A stretch of DNA of 64,000 bases, taken from positions 4,827-68,826 of the forward strand of contig JAUCBJ010005855.1 in NCBI GenBank assembly GCA_032718475.1, read 5' to 3'. Position numbers and translations under genes: made by a program. The notes below the pieces were generated by a model. The model ran no database searches, was not told the DNA's origin, and worked only from the letters and a program-made list of their open reading frames with translations. Position 1 is the stretch's first letter; the number at the start of each line of letters is the position of its first letter. This document shows positions 23,927 to 35,649 of the stretch, piece by piece. This stretch comes from Nemertoderma westbladi. Its lineage: Eukaryota; Animalia; Xenacoelomorpha.

Positions 23927-26900
23927 ATGGCGGAGAAGATGTATAAAGAGTTACGTCAAGGGTTTACGCAAGAACAAGAGCACCAGCCGCCATTCAATCG
24001 TTATGGAGCTAAAAACTTTAGTGTGTTTGGAGTGGAGAGTATGGCTAGGAGTACGGCCAAGCTCGCTAAATCCAAGGCGGACCCGAATGTTCTGCGACAG
24101 CGGTTGGACGCATACAACAAAAGAACAGAGGAATTACGCGCGGAATTCAATGCGTTATATCCTTACGATGCGTTATGCGACGCTAGCGACATTTGCGAGG
24201 ATCCAGACACCGAAATACGCCGATTGTATCATACGCTGCAATATTTGACGGTAAACGAACCCTTACCTGCAGCTAGAGACGAATTTGAAGGAATGCATCT
24301 TTATAGACGCGCTCGAGGAGCGGATCCAGAGACCAAGGACGCGTTCTCCATATACAAACTGTTTTATAAATGTGGAGCGTGTATGCGCGAGCAAGACAAC
24401 GCGATTCCTATGCGGTTGAACTCGGAGAACCCCGAGCCGATATTAGCGCGATGTTCACACCACCAAAGTCTACGTTACCAAGAAGGCGGATACCCTTTGA
24501 CAAATCCGTATCATTCGTTTAAAATGAGTGGACCGAACGCGGGTGAGATCGTTATTTACGAACCCAAATTAGTCGAACCAGACGTCTACAGCATGGTAGT
24601 GGACAAGTCTAATAAGTCGACACAAGAGAAACGGGAAGCTTTGAGCCTCTACAGGGCGTACAAGGCGTACAAGAAAGGCGAGATCGAGGAGTTCGGCGGA
24701 AGGCTCGCGAGCCTACCATTCTATTGGATATCCCACGATCAAACCGAACCCAAGGAGATGACACCCGAGCTCTTCGATAGTATCACCTTTGCTCAGCGTT
24801 TGTCGCAGAGACTACAGATACCTCATGTCGAGATGACGCGAGAACCTCAGCCCCATTCTACTGGAGCAATAGTACCGGTTGCGAGACCAACTAGTTTTCC
24901 TATTAGTATACCGACCCGGAAGGAGACAATTTACGAGATCCCTATAGTTGAACACCCGGAGATCATCTCGAACCTGGATTTCCTCCCATCGGTTACCTTC
25001 GGTGATGTGTTAGAATCAACCGAGTTGCGTAAAAATAATAGTTCAAAAAATTGTACGCAACGTGCCTCCACATATCACGGACTTTAAGGAAGTGGATCGC
25101 GCGGGGACGGATATCGCACCTTGTATCTTGCGAGGATATCTGACGAAAACGATTTGATTATGGATCGGAGTTGGAACGTTTGAGACCGACACCGATATCG
25201 CGACCAATTGGACCGGTAAACCTATTAGTTTCGATGATGAAAAGTCGATCGGGAGAATTTGGAACCCTACCGACGATTTACTCGACGATTGGGACGTGAC
25301 TAGCCGATCTCTGAAAGAGAATGGTTATATGTTTTACGATAATGAAGGAGGAAGCCATCAGCAAAGCCTCACTTCAAAGACTATACAGATTAGAGCACCA
25401 GATGGCGTGTTACATGTCTTCAGCCGACAGAGGAGTGATAGGAAGATGCCTATGCCGGAAGGAACGACGCAAAGACACGCGATGATAAAACGGATAGTTA
25501 AATCCATGGACCTGGCTTGTAGCATAGAAGCTAGGATGTTGCCAAAGGCCGTGCGAGACGTTGTGTTGGATAAGAGCATCGTCAAGATCGGATCTGGTGT
25601 ACGGGATGACCTCATTAGTGACTTTGCAGGGATGCCCACGGAAGAGGACCGATTGCCTACGCCATACGTGGATACTAGACCATTGTTGCTTTGGGCTATT
25701 GAGCAAGGATATTTTAGGGAGTATAACACGCTAAAAACTGGGACGGGTTATATCTCATATCTAATGTTCAGTTAGGATTACAAGGAGAGTAAGAGGAACA
25801 AATACACGGACGTATACGGAGAGGGAGATACCCCCGGCGTAAACGAGTTCGAGTCACAGTTGAAGTGGCGAGGTTGCGTGTATTGGGCGATTACTTCACC
25901 CCCGCGGATAATCTTGCAATACTATTTAGCGATAGAATCTTCGGTTAACGTTTGTTTCATCGCGGACGTAGTATCCAGAACCCTAAAGCGACACCCGTTA
26001 TGTCTTGGCGAAGGACATACCTTTTACGATGGAGGAAGGACGCATACTGATGTATTCCGACGATTTCTCCAACCCTTTTATAACACCGATGCGCACTGCG
26101 AAGTTTTCACGCGAGCAGGACTTAGCGTTTTCAGGGACGTCTATCTCACTCACGCGGGAAGTCTAGTTGACAGACCGTCGATGTTAACGTTAGTACCCTA
26201 TGACGGGGAATGCCACGTGGAATTCGAACGCCCGGAAGGATCCTGGAAGGCTCGCGAGCCTACCGCCCATCATGACGATGTGGATCCGACCGAGTTGACG
26301 CTAATAGATGAACCGTTACGGCAACTCATAGAAGTAGAGGAGAACCTTCCGAGGAAGACGCGAACTGAGATACGCGAGTTGGAGAAAAGCGATGCCATGG
26401 TTTGTGTACAACCTACGGAGACGAACATACCGACTGACCCAGATGATGAGAATTATCACGTGGACGGTAGCGCTCGCCCCATCGGAGATCTCATCTATGA
26501 GCGAGTTTGGTATCCTGCCAACACTATTTGTGGCAGATGTGGAGCAACTGGCCATCACGCAAAGAAGTGCGGAGCGAAGCACATATCTCTACCGGATTTA
26601 GTATGCAACTGGTGCGGGGATCAACGTTCGCACACTTTCTACACTTGCTGGCGTTTCGTGGCGCAGTGTACTTATTGTAATATTAAGGGCCATAGGGCAT
26701 CCGAATGTCAACTTAGAGACGTCCCCTATGAGCACATGACAGTTAAAATCGTTCGACAATTATTCGACCATTGGGAGGATCTAGCAGACGAGCATGTATC
26801 GACGCAGCGACGCCGCTTCCCTATGAGAGCACATTTGGGATTTTGGGCCGTAAACCCGCTCATAATGTCAAAGGAAGGATATGTATCGGCTATGCCTCAG

Positions 26901-27683
26901 TACGATGAATTGTTGGAGGTATTGGATATATTGCCATTGGATAGTGGATTCAAAGTTGTGCGGGACTATTTCTTACAAGTGCACCCTGACAACAAGAATA
27001 CTTGGAACTTTCAAACTGTGGTGAACAAGATTACCGCCGGAGAATTCGATAAACTGCGAGTTGAACAGCGGAATCGAGGAGCCTGGCATTCGATAGCTTG
27101 GGCATACCGGAGCGCATTTTATCACAAACGCGTAACCTCGTGTATTCTAGACGAGACCGACGTTTTGCGTGAGACTGGCTTCAAGGCCACGCCATTAGCA
27201 GAGAAGACGCGTCACCCACAGGATGATCAGCAATTTCGTATACTCAAAGCCCAGAAGGCCAGACAAGAGATTAAAAAGATAGTAAATGTCGCCGAGAGGA
27301 CGACATCGAAGTCGCAAATCTGGATGACTCGGGGCACGGTTTCCCTTGCTAGAGAACCACGCGGAGGGACAGGATACGCTTTGAATGAACCCATTAGGAT
27401 TCAAACGACGTCAGAGAGCGAGGTGTCAACGGACGGAATGGTCCTACCTTTTTGACTTCCTCCTAGCGTTGTAGAAACTCGATCCGATGTTAAGCCGACA
27501 GTTGGAATCGGACGAGGATTTAGAGGATTGAGCGCACGACGGATGTGCGAAACTCCCGTCGTCCCCTTTCCTAGCGTTTTGGAACCACCGACGACTCGAC
27601 GCCGAAGTCCGAGCCCAGTTCGACCTCGACCACCCCCCAATCGCACTAGAGGACGTGGACGAGCCCGCTCAGCGAAGGAATAG
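23927..27683 (+). pseudogene. Accessory ORF2 of element 1 (~1250 aa reconstructed): Cys/His domain, DEDDy-like 3'-5' exonuclease, three CCHC knuckles
   Basis: Pieces join via a +1 frameshift at ~25033 and stops at 25155, 25773 and 27453; MFYDNEG, LPKAVRDVVLDKSIVKIGSGVRDDL, YVDT; CGRCGATGHHAKKC, CNWCGDQRSHTFYTC, CTYCNIKGHRASEC. Confidence 0.8.
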
Positions 27684-28310
27684 GAAGCGAGTGGAAGGAA
27701 GGCTTGCGAGCCTACCGATTTGGATATTATATTTGGATATTTATTTTGGATATTTATTTGGATATTATATTTGGATATTTATATTGGACATTATGTTTGA
27801 ATGTTGGGTTTGGAGGAGCGAGATATGGAAAGGAAGGCTTGCGAGCCTACCGTTAGCAATTGGTGCTCAGGAGAAGATATCCAGACCAGCAGGACGAACT
27901 ATTTAGATCGTCAGGAGGACATTATTGGAAGTTATTAGCGTATTGTGTTTATTTTATATTTGAACTGATTTAATTTGGTGGAAGTTTATTATGTATATTT
28001 ACAATATATAAAGATTTATCGAAAGAGTTACAATTATTTGTTCGATTTGTTTTGATTTATTTGTTCTGATTTGTTTAATTTGCTTACCTTGATAACCGAA
28101 AGCCTTTTTTGTATTTTAGGCACTAAAGTTGATTAGTAAATTTGTATTTGTATGTACGATCGATTGTATTTACGCCGTATCTGCAATATTAAGTATGCAA
28201 TAATTAGATAGTGATTATATTTTATATTTTAGGCCCTACCAGTAGATTTAGAAGTAGTTTGTAAATATTTTATATTTCGATTGGTGAAAACAGTCTTACT
28301 TACTGTTTTC

Positions 28311-28319
28311 ATGGAGCGG
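28311..28319 (+). other. Putative polypurine tract
   Basis: atggagcgg directly before the 3' LTR; identical in element 3 (49882-49890, minus). Confidence 0.55.
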
Positions 28320-29409
28320 TGATGAATTATTTCACTATAAGGTAGCATTTGTAGTTTAACTTTAACGTAAAAACTTTCGAAAATCCGACGCATTTTGATT
28401 AAGTTACAGTAATGTAATATGCCTATTCATATTTGTACACATAAAACCCTTAGGTACTCTCGTGGCGTAGTGGTCAGATGGTTAAGGCGTTGGTTACATT
28501 ACATAGGTTACGAGTTCGAATCCCGGTTGGGAAATTTGTATTTTGGGGCCATTTATTTTCGTTTGGTGCTAATTGGTAGGCCAATGAGAAGCGTACAACG
28601 TAGCGAATGATGAGCCAGGCCAATCATAGGGCATAAATTATCTTATTGCTCAAATGTGAGGCAGTGGAAAATTCTGTTAGGATTCCATGTCCCAGATTAG
28701 TGTAAGGGCCGGATTGCGTTGAACGATGAGCTGGGCCAATCATAGGGCACGAAGCACTTTATTGCTCAAATGTGAAGCTGTGGAAAATTCTGTTTAGTTT
28801 CCATGTGCGATATTTAGTATAAAAGGCCGGTTTGCCTTCGGTTATCACTCTTACTTACTTCTTAGAACCTAAATCCTTACTCTTGTAAAAATTAGTTTAT
28901 TCGGTTTCTTGTTGAAACTTCGTTTGATAATTCCTTTGTAAAACTGTAAATATACTGCAAATTCCTGAACATGTTTTCTTTTGGTCCAACTTTGGGACAG
29001 CCAAACATCAGGAAGATGGCAGCCTAGACCGTTAGGCCGTAAGCAACGCAGGGAAAAGATGTCCACAACACGCTAGCGCCCACATTGGATTGACCGCGCA
29101 CCCCCTTTGCCCCTTCGAAATACTCCACTTGCCATGCAGCGCCCGCTTTGTGAGAAAGGTAAGACTTTGTTCGACGCCCTTGCCCGCCGTAAGACCTATA
29201 GATCAGGGTAAGCGTGACGCCGTCCTGGACGCCGCAAATTTAGGATCAAATAATTATATTCAGACAGAAACACCCCCCCCCCCCCCCCCCCCCCCCCCCC
29301 TTTGTCATGTCCTACGAACCCCTGGGTTAACCTGTACTTCCTACAGGTGCGAACTATTGCCATTCATCAGTACGCGAGTACATATTAGGTACGGACAGCA
29401 TATGTTCCA
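28320..29409 (+). repeat. 3' LTR of element 1
   Basis: Direct repeat of 11027-12109; homology ends at ttcCA. Confidence 0.9.
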
Positions 29410-29568
29410 AACAGTTGCGGTGCAAACAGTGGTGCAGACACTGGTGCAGACAGTGGTGCAGACAGTGGTGCAGATAGTGATGCAGACAGTGGTGCAGACA
29501 GGGGTGCAGACAGTGGTGCAGGCAGTTTGTGTAGACAGTGGTGCAGACAGTGGTGCAAACACTGGTGC
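29410..29568. repeat. 12-bp minisatellite (acagtggtgcag)n
   Basis: ~12 imperfect copies abutting the 3' LTR. Confidence 0.9.
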
Positions 29569-30790
29569 TGTTAGCGCTTTTAGTAAATTGTGTTCATTCA
29601 ATCTCAATTTCGTCTATTTGTGACTTGTAGCATTCAAAGCTGAGAACTCATGCATTTATGGCGTGATATAAACTGCTGGTCTGACACAATAAACGGGATT
29701 GCGCTAGTGTACCTGTCAACAAGGGCCGCTTACTGCATCGGTCGCTTCCCCTTTGCCTTCCTCTCATAAGTTGGTTTATTCTATAACTTATTTGGTTCAA
29801 TACGGTATTTGATTATCTATTGTATTTAACTGAGATACGATACCGGGAGGATGTGACAACACAATATAACAAGCAATTATTGGCTGACTAATTAATTCTA
29901 TAAGAACTCAAGTGCGGTATTTGTGTTTCTCTTTAGGAGAAACGTATAGTGACTTGCCTTTATGTACAATTATATAAATATTTCTATCGTAATTAATTTA
30001 TGACAACTCTCAATCTTGATACAATTAATAATAAGGGCCTTTCTTATATTAATGGTCTGGTATATCGCCATATATTAATTATTTAAAAAGTCAGAGATAG
30101 AGCGACACACTTCTATTACAATTGTCCAGATTACCACTGATACTTAATTGCATAGACCCACCTTATAATTGGCGCGTGTAAAGTCTCCTTGATTACGTAA
30201 TATCGGCGGTATAATCAACAATAAGAGAGCAAATTATGTTTAACGACAGAACAAATTACAAGTGCTAGTAGAATTATTATTAACAAGGCGCGTCTGCATG
30301 AGAAGTAATCTCTACAGAACTACAAAATCACATACACAAATTAACAGCTAACAAATATTATATACTCAGGGAAGATCAATGTAATTGTTATGAGCCAATA
30401 GGGGATCACTTACTCCTTGGATGTTCCCTGTAACAATAAGTTCAAATACAGGCAAACGGTTCAAGTTCGTACATAAAAACTAATCTAATAAGTAAATAAT
30501 TCAGTTATCAACACCAAACTAGAATTATACAGAGCGTACGTAGTTAATCATATATAAAAACATCTCAACTCGTGAACAAATAATTAAGAGTTACCAAATG
30601 CTCATAACTCCTTAAGCAGTTAAGTTGTAGTGCGAGAAAGCGTTCGAAGCATATAAAATGTTTCAGTTTATAATAAAAATAAGCTAAATGGATTCTTGGG
30701 GACACCTTATTTTACCTATAATATAAAATAAAGATATGAGTCATATAAAGTAAAATAAAGGTAATATAAAGAAGTGTCGAGAATCAATGT

Positions 30791-33700
30791 TTATTTATGA
30801 CTTTTCTTCTTTTTAGAAGAGCGTTTGCGTCGCTTTGTCGACGGTGAATGATTATTGGTTGACGAAGGTGGGGAACCTCGTACTTGCAGCCCTTCAGCGG
30901 CGGAAGGATGAATCTCCAATGAATCCGGATGGGGCGCAACAGCACATAATGCGGGTCCTCCGGTAGAAGTTCCAGGTTGAGGTTCAGTTGTCGTAGTGGT
31001 CACTGAAACGGATTGTCGCAACAACTTTACGCCTTTTCTAAGTACCTTGGCCAGTGAGGACCTGGAGGAAGGCACCAGGGTGGATTGTACTGCCTTTTGA
31101 AGAATTGCCGCAGTAACTGGTCTTTTGAGAGTTTGCGATGACGTCGCAATGCCTCCTCTGTCGGAAATAAACCTGGGCGGCTTGACAGTCTCTTCAGCAA
31201 GACGCGCCGTATGACGAAGGTAAGCAACTCGATCCGAAGTTTGTAGCAACTCGGGATTAGCGGCGACGAAGTCGTACCCGTAGTTCGAGTCTTTCCGCAT
31301 GAATTCAACAAGGTTGTAGGTCGTAACGTCACCGGGGTTCATACGACGGAGAAAGGGCCGCACATACTGAGTGTTAGTAAGCTCCGAAACGGTTAATAAT
31401 AACTGGTGGAAGGTGGGATCTTTGCACTTCAATAGCGAAATAATAGGGATTGAATGCAAAGACTCCGCAATACGAGCGAGCAGACTCGTAGCGTAGGCGC
31501 GTGACTTGATTTAAGTCAGTGTAATGTTCCCACAATTTAATATACTTTAAGAGGGATGTATCGTCGTCCCGTTGTGTCAAGTCAAAGGTGCAAGAGCCCG
31601 GGTAATGCCCTTTAAGACGACATTTATCGCATTGTTCAGCGAATTGCGGGCAGTTGAAGAAGGTATGATCGTCGAACAATCTGCAATATGGACAATGGAG
31701 GGGAAGGTCCGAACATTGTAGATAGCTTTGACAAATCTCGCCGGTAGCTGGTGCTTTATGCGCACGGGAACCACATTGAACGCAGCGCTTCCTACCTTGA
31801 GACACACCCGAACGAAGCGAATCTCGTCAAAGGTTGTGGTCCAAGGTGCCACGGCATAATAAATTCACCGTCATCATCCGACTCAGAAGTGGGATGGATG
31901 GATTTAGATTCCAGGACATTATCTGTTGCGGAATCCTTTAGATAAGAAGCCAGCTGTTTGTCCGAAGTTTGGACAATCGAGACATAATACCCAGACTTAA
32001 GGATGGGGCGTTCTAGAATAGTCGAATGTAGGTTTTTAACACATACATCCTTAAATATAGCGAAACCCTTTAGATTTAAATCCTCGAAAGCAGAGAGACG
32101 TATATTTACCTGTCCCTTCAGAAGGTGATCACAGAACTGGCTATCAATACCAAAGAAAGGGAATAAAAATCTTTGAAAACATTCGAAACATTGGAACTTC
32201 CCTTCACGGTTGACTTTGGCAAGCTGGGTGCAGAGAATTAAGGGGTGTGACCTCAAAGTTCTACTACAAGTATTGGCCAACCAACCTGACACAACAGAGT
32301 TCTCGTAAATCATATAAATAGCCAAAGAAGGCCAAAGGGGAACACTAATATTTGAATAAACTGCACCCGGAGCGGTCAAGGGACCATTAAAATAATAATG
32401 GGAATAATTATCACCGTACAGATTTAAATAGCGGTTATACCGACCTTCCTTGAAATCCCAACCGAGTTCATGGAATGAGATATGTCCGATGCCGGTACGT
32501 TCAGCTCTGCGCATTCTGCTTCCCACGCGTTCGTAAATAACGCGGAAAAAGCCACGTTCCTGAGCCCACGGGAGGATCATTTGCGTGTCCGCAAAGGGGT
32601 AAGGAATATCTAACAATGAGTCGAAATCCTTGTATAGGTCGGGATATATTGCTGAACCGAGTTTGCAAATCGTCTCGTTGAACAACAGGTCAAGGACAGG
32701 TTGTGGTAGCATTGAGGGTTTGATAGCGAGCGCAGGGTGCCGCTTGGTTGCAACGACGTAACAGTAGGACTTCTCGAACTGTCCATGTCGAGGTAACATT
32801 TCCTGGAAGGACGGAGGGGTAAAAGATGCGTTAGAGCTATGGGAGGTTTGCGTGAATACATGAGTGGCTCCGGTGAGACAACGGAAATGTATTAGCGTGT
32901 GGTGCCGAGTTCATCATTCAAAACGGAACCTTTGTTGTCGTATAGCATCACACCATACTGCTGGATAATCTCGAGCATGTTATTAAATTCGAGATACGCA
33001 ATGGTTTTGTCCACTTCAACTGGTGTCCATAAGCTGTCGAGGGATCCGATGGAGCCTCGGGCGATAACTACCGATTTGTGACTTTGGACGTTTTCTACGA
33101 CGGATTTTTCTTTCATCACCGTAGAGAGTTTGTCTTCCCGAAATCGCACGTCGACGTTCCAGTGAATTAATCGATCAATAATGAAATTAGCAAGATTATG
33201 GGGAGGTGCGGGTTTGTCTTCTATAGTTTGTGGGGCGAGCCACGAAGTTGGCGGAGCCTTAGCGAATTGACACTATTAGGGGGTGGGTCAATTTATGCAA
33301 ATAGTTGTCGTCGTCGTCGTTGTCGTCGTCGTCGTCATCGTCGTCGTCGTCGTTACGATTTTGACATGCTAATAACTTTGTCGGATTTAAAGCTGCCAAG
33401 TTGAAAATTTGTAGGTATCAATATGAGCAAAAGTTGAGATTTTTGAGAGACTTTCAGACACCATCAGTGCAATGGTCTCCCGCTAGAGGGCCACATGTCT
33501 AAACATTAAATGCCCTCCCATTTCTTTGCTTTTAATCCGTTTAAGCTGAAACTTGGCAGATATGTATTAGACCATTAGCTGTGACTTTCAAAGGAGGCGA
33601 ATCCATCTGCAGTTCTCCAGTCTGCCGCTAGAGGGCCAAAGGTCTGAAAGTGAAAACAACTAACGACGACAACTATTTGCATAAATTGACCCACCCCCTA

Positions 33701-35649
33701 ACAGTGTCAATTCGCTAAGGCTTCGCCAACTTCGTGCTGCGCGAAGGCCCCACTTCGTGTATATTAAAGGGTTTACGGAAGGCGTTCAGTTTAACCATGT
33801 GATCGAGATGTTTCTGCAGGGGTTCGATTTCTGTAACATCGAGCAGATTAACTAGAGGTAGAAAATCCATACTGCAGGCGGGATCCTCAGGTTTCATCAC
33901 GTACTGTTGAACGAGGAGAATGAAGTCCGGATGGTCCTGAATCCCATAGAACGGGGGATGGAGAGGACGTCTTTCCAGATTCTTATCTCGGATCAGTGAC
34001 TTGATTTGGTCAGTTCGGCCAAGGGGAGCGATAATCCACTCGTCGTCAGTTTTGTCGAGAAAGGGCTCAACAATGTGGGTTTCCAGCATTGGAGCATCGG
34101 CGACCAGGTTAGGGTTGGAGATGTCGGTGTCGAAAGGTATCGTTCGGGTTTGACTGTAAGCGACACCGAAACGCTTTACAGACCCAGACGGATGAGCTTG
34201 CGCATTACCTTGGAACCCTTCCATAAGAGTTTGGACCGCGGGTTGGACCAAGGAAACTAGCTCGCGCTCGTCGTTTAAACGTTCACGCTCCGTCTGTTCC
34301 TCTTCTTCACGAAGACGTTGGCTTTCTTTTAAGGCATCTGCAAGGAAAATAGCCTTTCCTCTTTCGATTTCCTCTTGGATGAGGCGGACTTTGGACTCAA
34401 ACTCTGGGAGTCGCATCCGTCGGATGACATCAAGTTTACCGGATAACTTGATTGGGTCATCAACACCGATAGAGTTTCGTAGGGAGTCCAGAAACTCAGT
34501 AACTAGATAGTTACGATTGACGTTGGAGGTCCCGGCGAAGGTGAGGGGGGAGGTCCACATGGATTGCTCACGCTGTAGCAGACTGCCACGGCCGATACTG
34601 ATCATAGAGGGTTGGAGTGGGGTCGGCTCTTCCTCTTGGTAGCGGGGAGCTATCTGTTCCTCCATGACAAGGTCTCGGAAATACATGTACATGGTTTCGG
34701 AGAAGCGAGGATCGGTCGGGGATAGTGTCATGGGTTTTACCATGGGTAACATCGGGCCGGGAGAAAACTCCGGAACGCGGATCATAGGTTTACGTACTCT
34801 CTGTAGACCACGTAACCGTTTCTCATCAACATTAAATCGATTTTCCTCAAACCCACCGTACGAGTACTTGACGTAACTATGGCGGGGACATCGCCAATGG
34901 GGATGGTTCGCAGGCATAGTGGAGACTTGTTGGTTGGGATGCGGGCATTGACCACACAAGTACCAGAGCCAAAAGCCAGTTTTACTCGGAGATGGGGACT
35001 TCACACCAGATTTGCAGTATTCTTCCATGTCGTAGAAGGAGTCGGGGAGGACAGGGAGCGGGCAGCCCTCAGTAAGGTACATCATGGTGTGATAGAGTCG
35101 TTTGATCTCCTTAACTGGATCAGGATGAACGCCTCTGGGGTAGAGAGTTTGTAAATCCTGTTGGCTAGCGACCTTTAGGTATGTCTCACGAAGGAATATA
35201 ACATAGTCCTCAAACCGGAAGAGATGAAAAGAGTTCTCTGTATCGTCATCCGCAACATCAACACGAATCTGGTAGTCGCGTTGAGTTTGAATCTCGTTTC
35301 TACATTGCCGCTCAACTTGAAGTTTGAACATCTTCATGTCCCATTCAACGTGTTGGTCATCAATGTCCCGTAAGTCCATAGGGTGACCAGTAGTGAGGAA
35401 GCTGTTATAACTCCCATCGCGTTTGGTGTATTTGAGAATAAACTCACGATATTGTTGTTCGATGTCGCGCTGTTCGGGGTTCATCAGCGGTTCGATGTAG
35501 CTTCCCGAAGGATCCATACGCGGTTCCATACTTTGGGCGAGCTGAGTGGATTCGCCGGTATAGTCAGCTATCATCGTATCCATCATCTCCGAATGTTGTC
35601 CCCGAGAACGTCGCTTTACGGAGGGGGGTGTCTTTGAAGATCGAGACAT
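30791..35649 (-). pseudogene. Accessory ORF2 of element 2, homolog of element 1 ORF2, split by a MITE and frameshifts
   Basis: DPVKEIKRLYHTMMYLTEGCPLP, CGQC...RCPRH, MLYDNKG, LPQPVLDLLFNETICKLGSAIYPDL, FADT, CVQCGSRAH, CPYC...HTFFNC, CDKCRLKGHYPGSC. Confidence 0.82.
33230..33753. mobile_element. Non-autonomous DNA transposon (MITE), ~524 bp, ~85-bp TIRs, internal (GTC)n
   Basis: cacgaagttggcg(g/a)agccttagcgaattgacact...caaatagttgtcgtc is inverted at 33664-33736; outer GTGGGGC/GCCCCAC; removal with a 2-bp TT duplication restores the ORF2 frame. Confidence 0.88.

Larger units (their letters stand above)
11027..29409 (+). mobile_element. Full-length BEL/Pao LTR retrotransposon (element 1), 18.4 kb, with accessory ORF after integrase
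   Basis: Near-identical TG...CA LTRs; gag-PR-RT-RH-IN order with BEL/Pao motifs. Confidence 0.95.

Noticed and set aside
23927-27683. env gene
   Set aside because: No visible signal peptide or transmembrane helix; nuclease-like and zinc-knuckle motifs instead.
15070-27851. CRISPR-like interpretation of the recurring 20-nt palindrome
   Set aside because: Irregular spacing from 78 nt to several kb, embedded in retrotransposon ORFs, eukaryotic context, no cas genes.
29090-29623. 177-aa ORF with VVQT repeats
   Set aside because: Chance frame across the LTR end and a 12-bp minisatellite.
29626-29735. Possible 3' LTR remnant of element 2 (TGTTGACA... on the minus strand)
   Set aside because: No second copy in the window to confirm it, and no clear polypurine tract.
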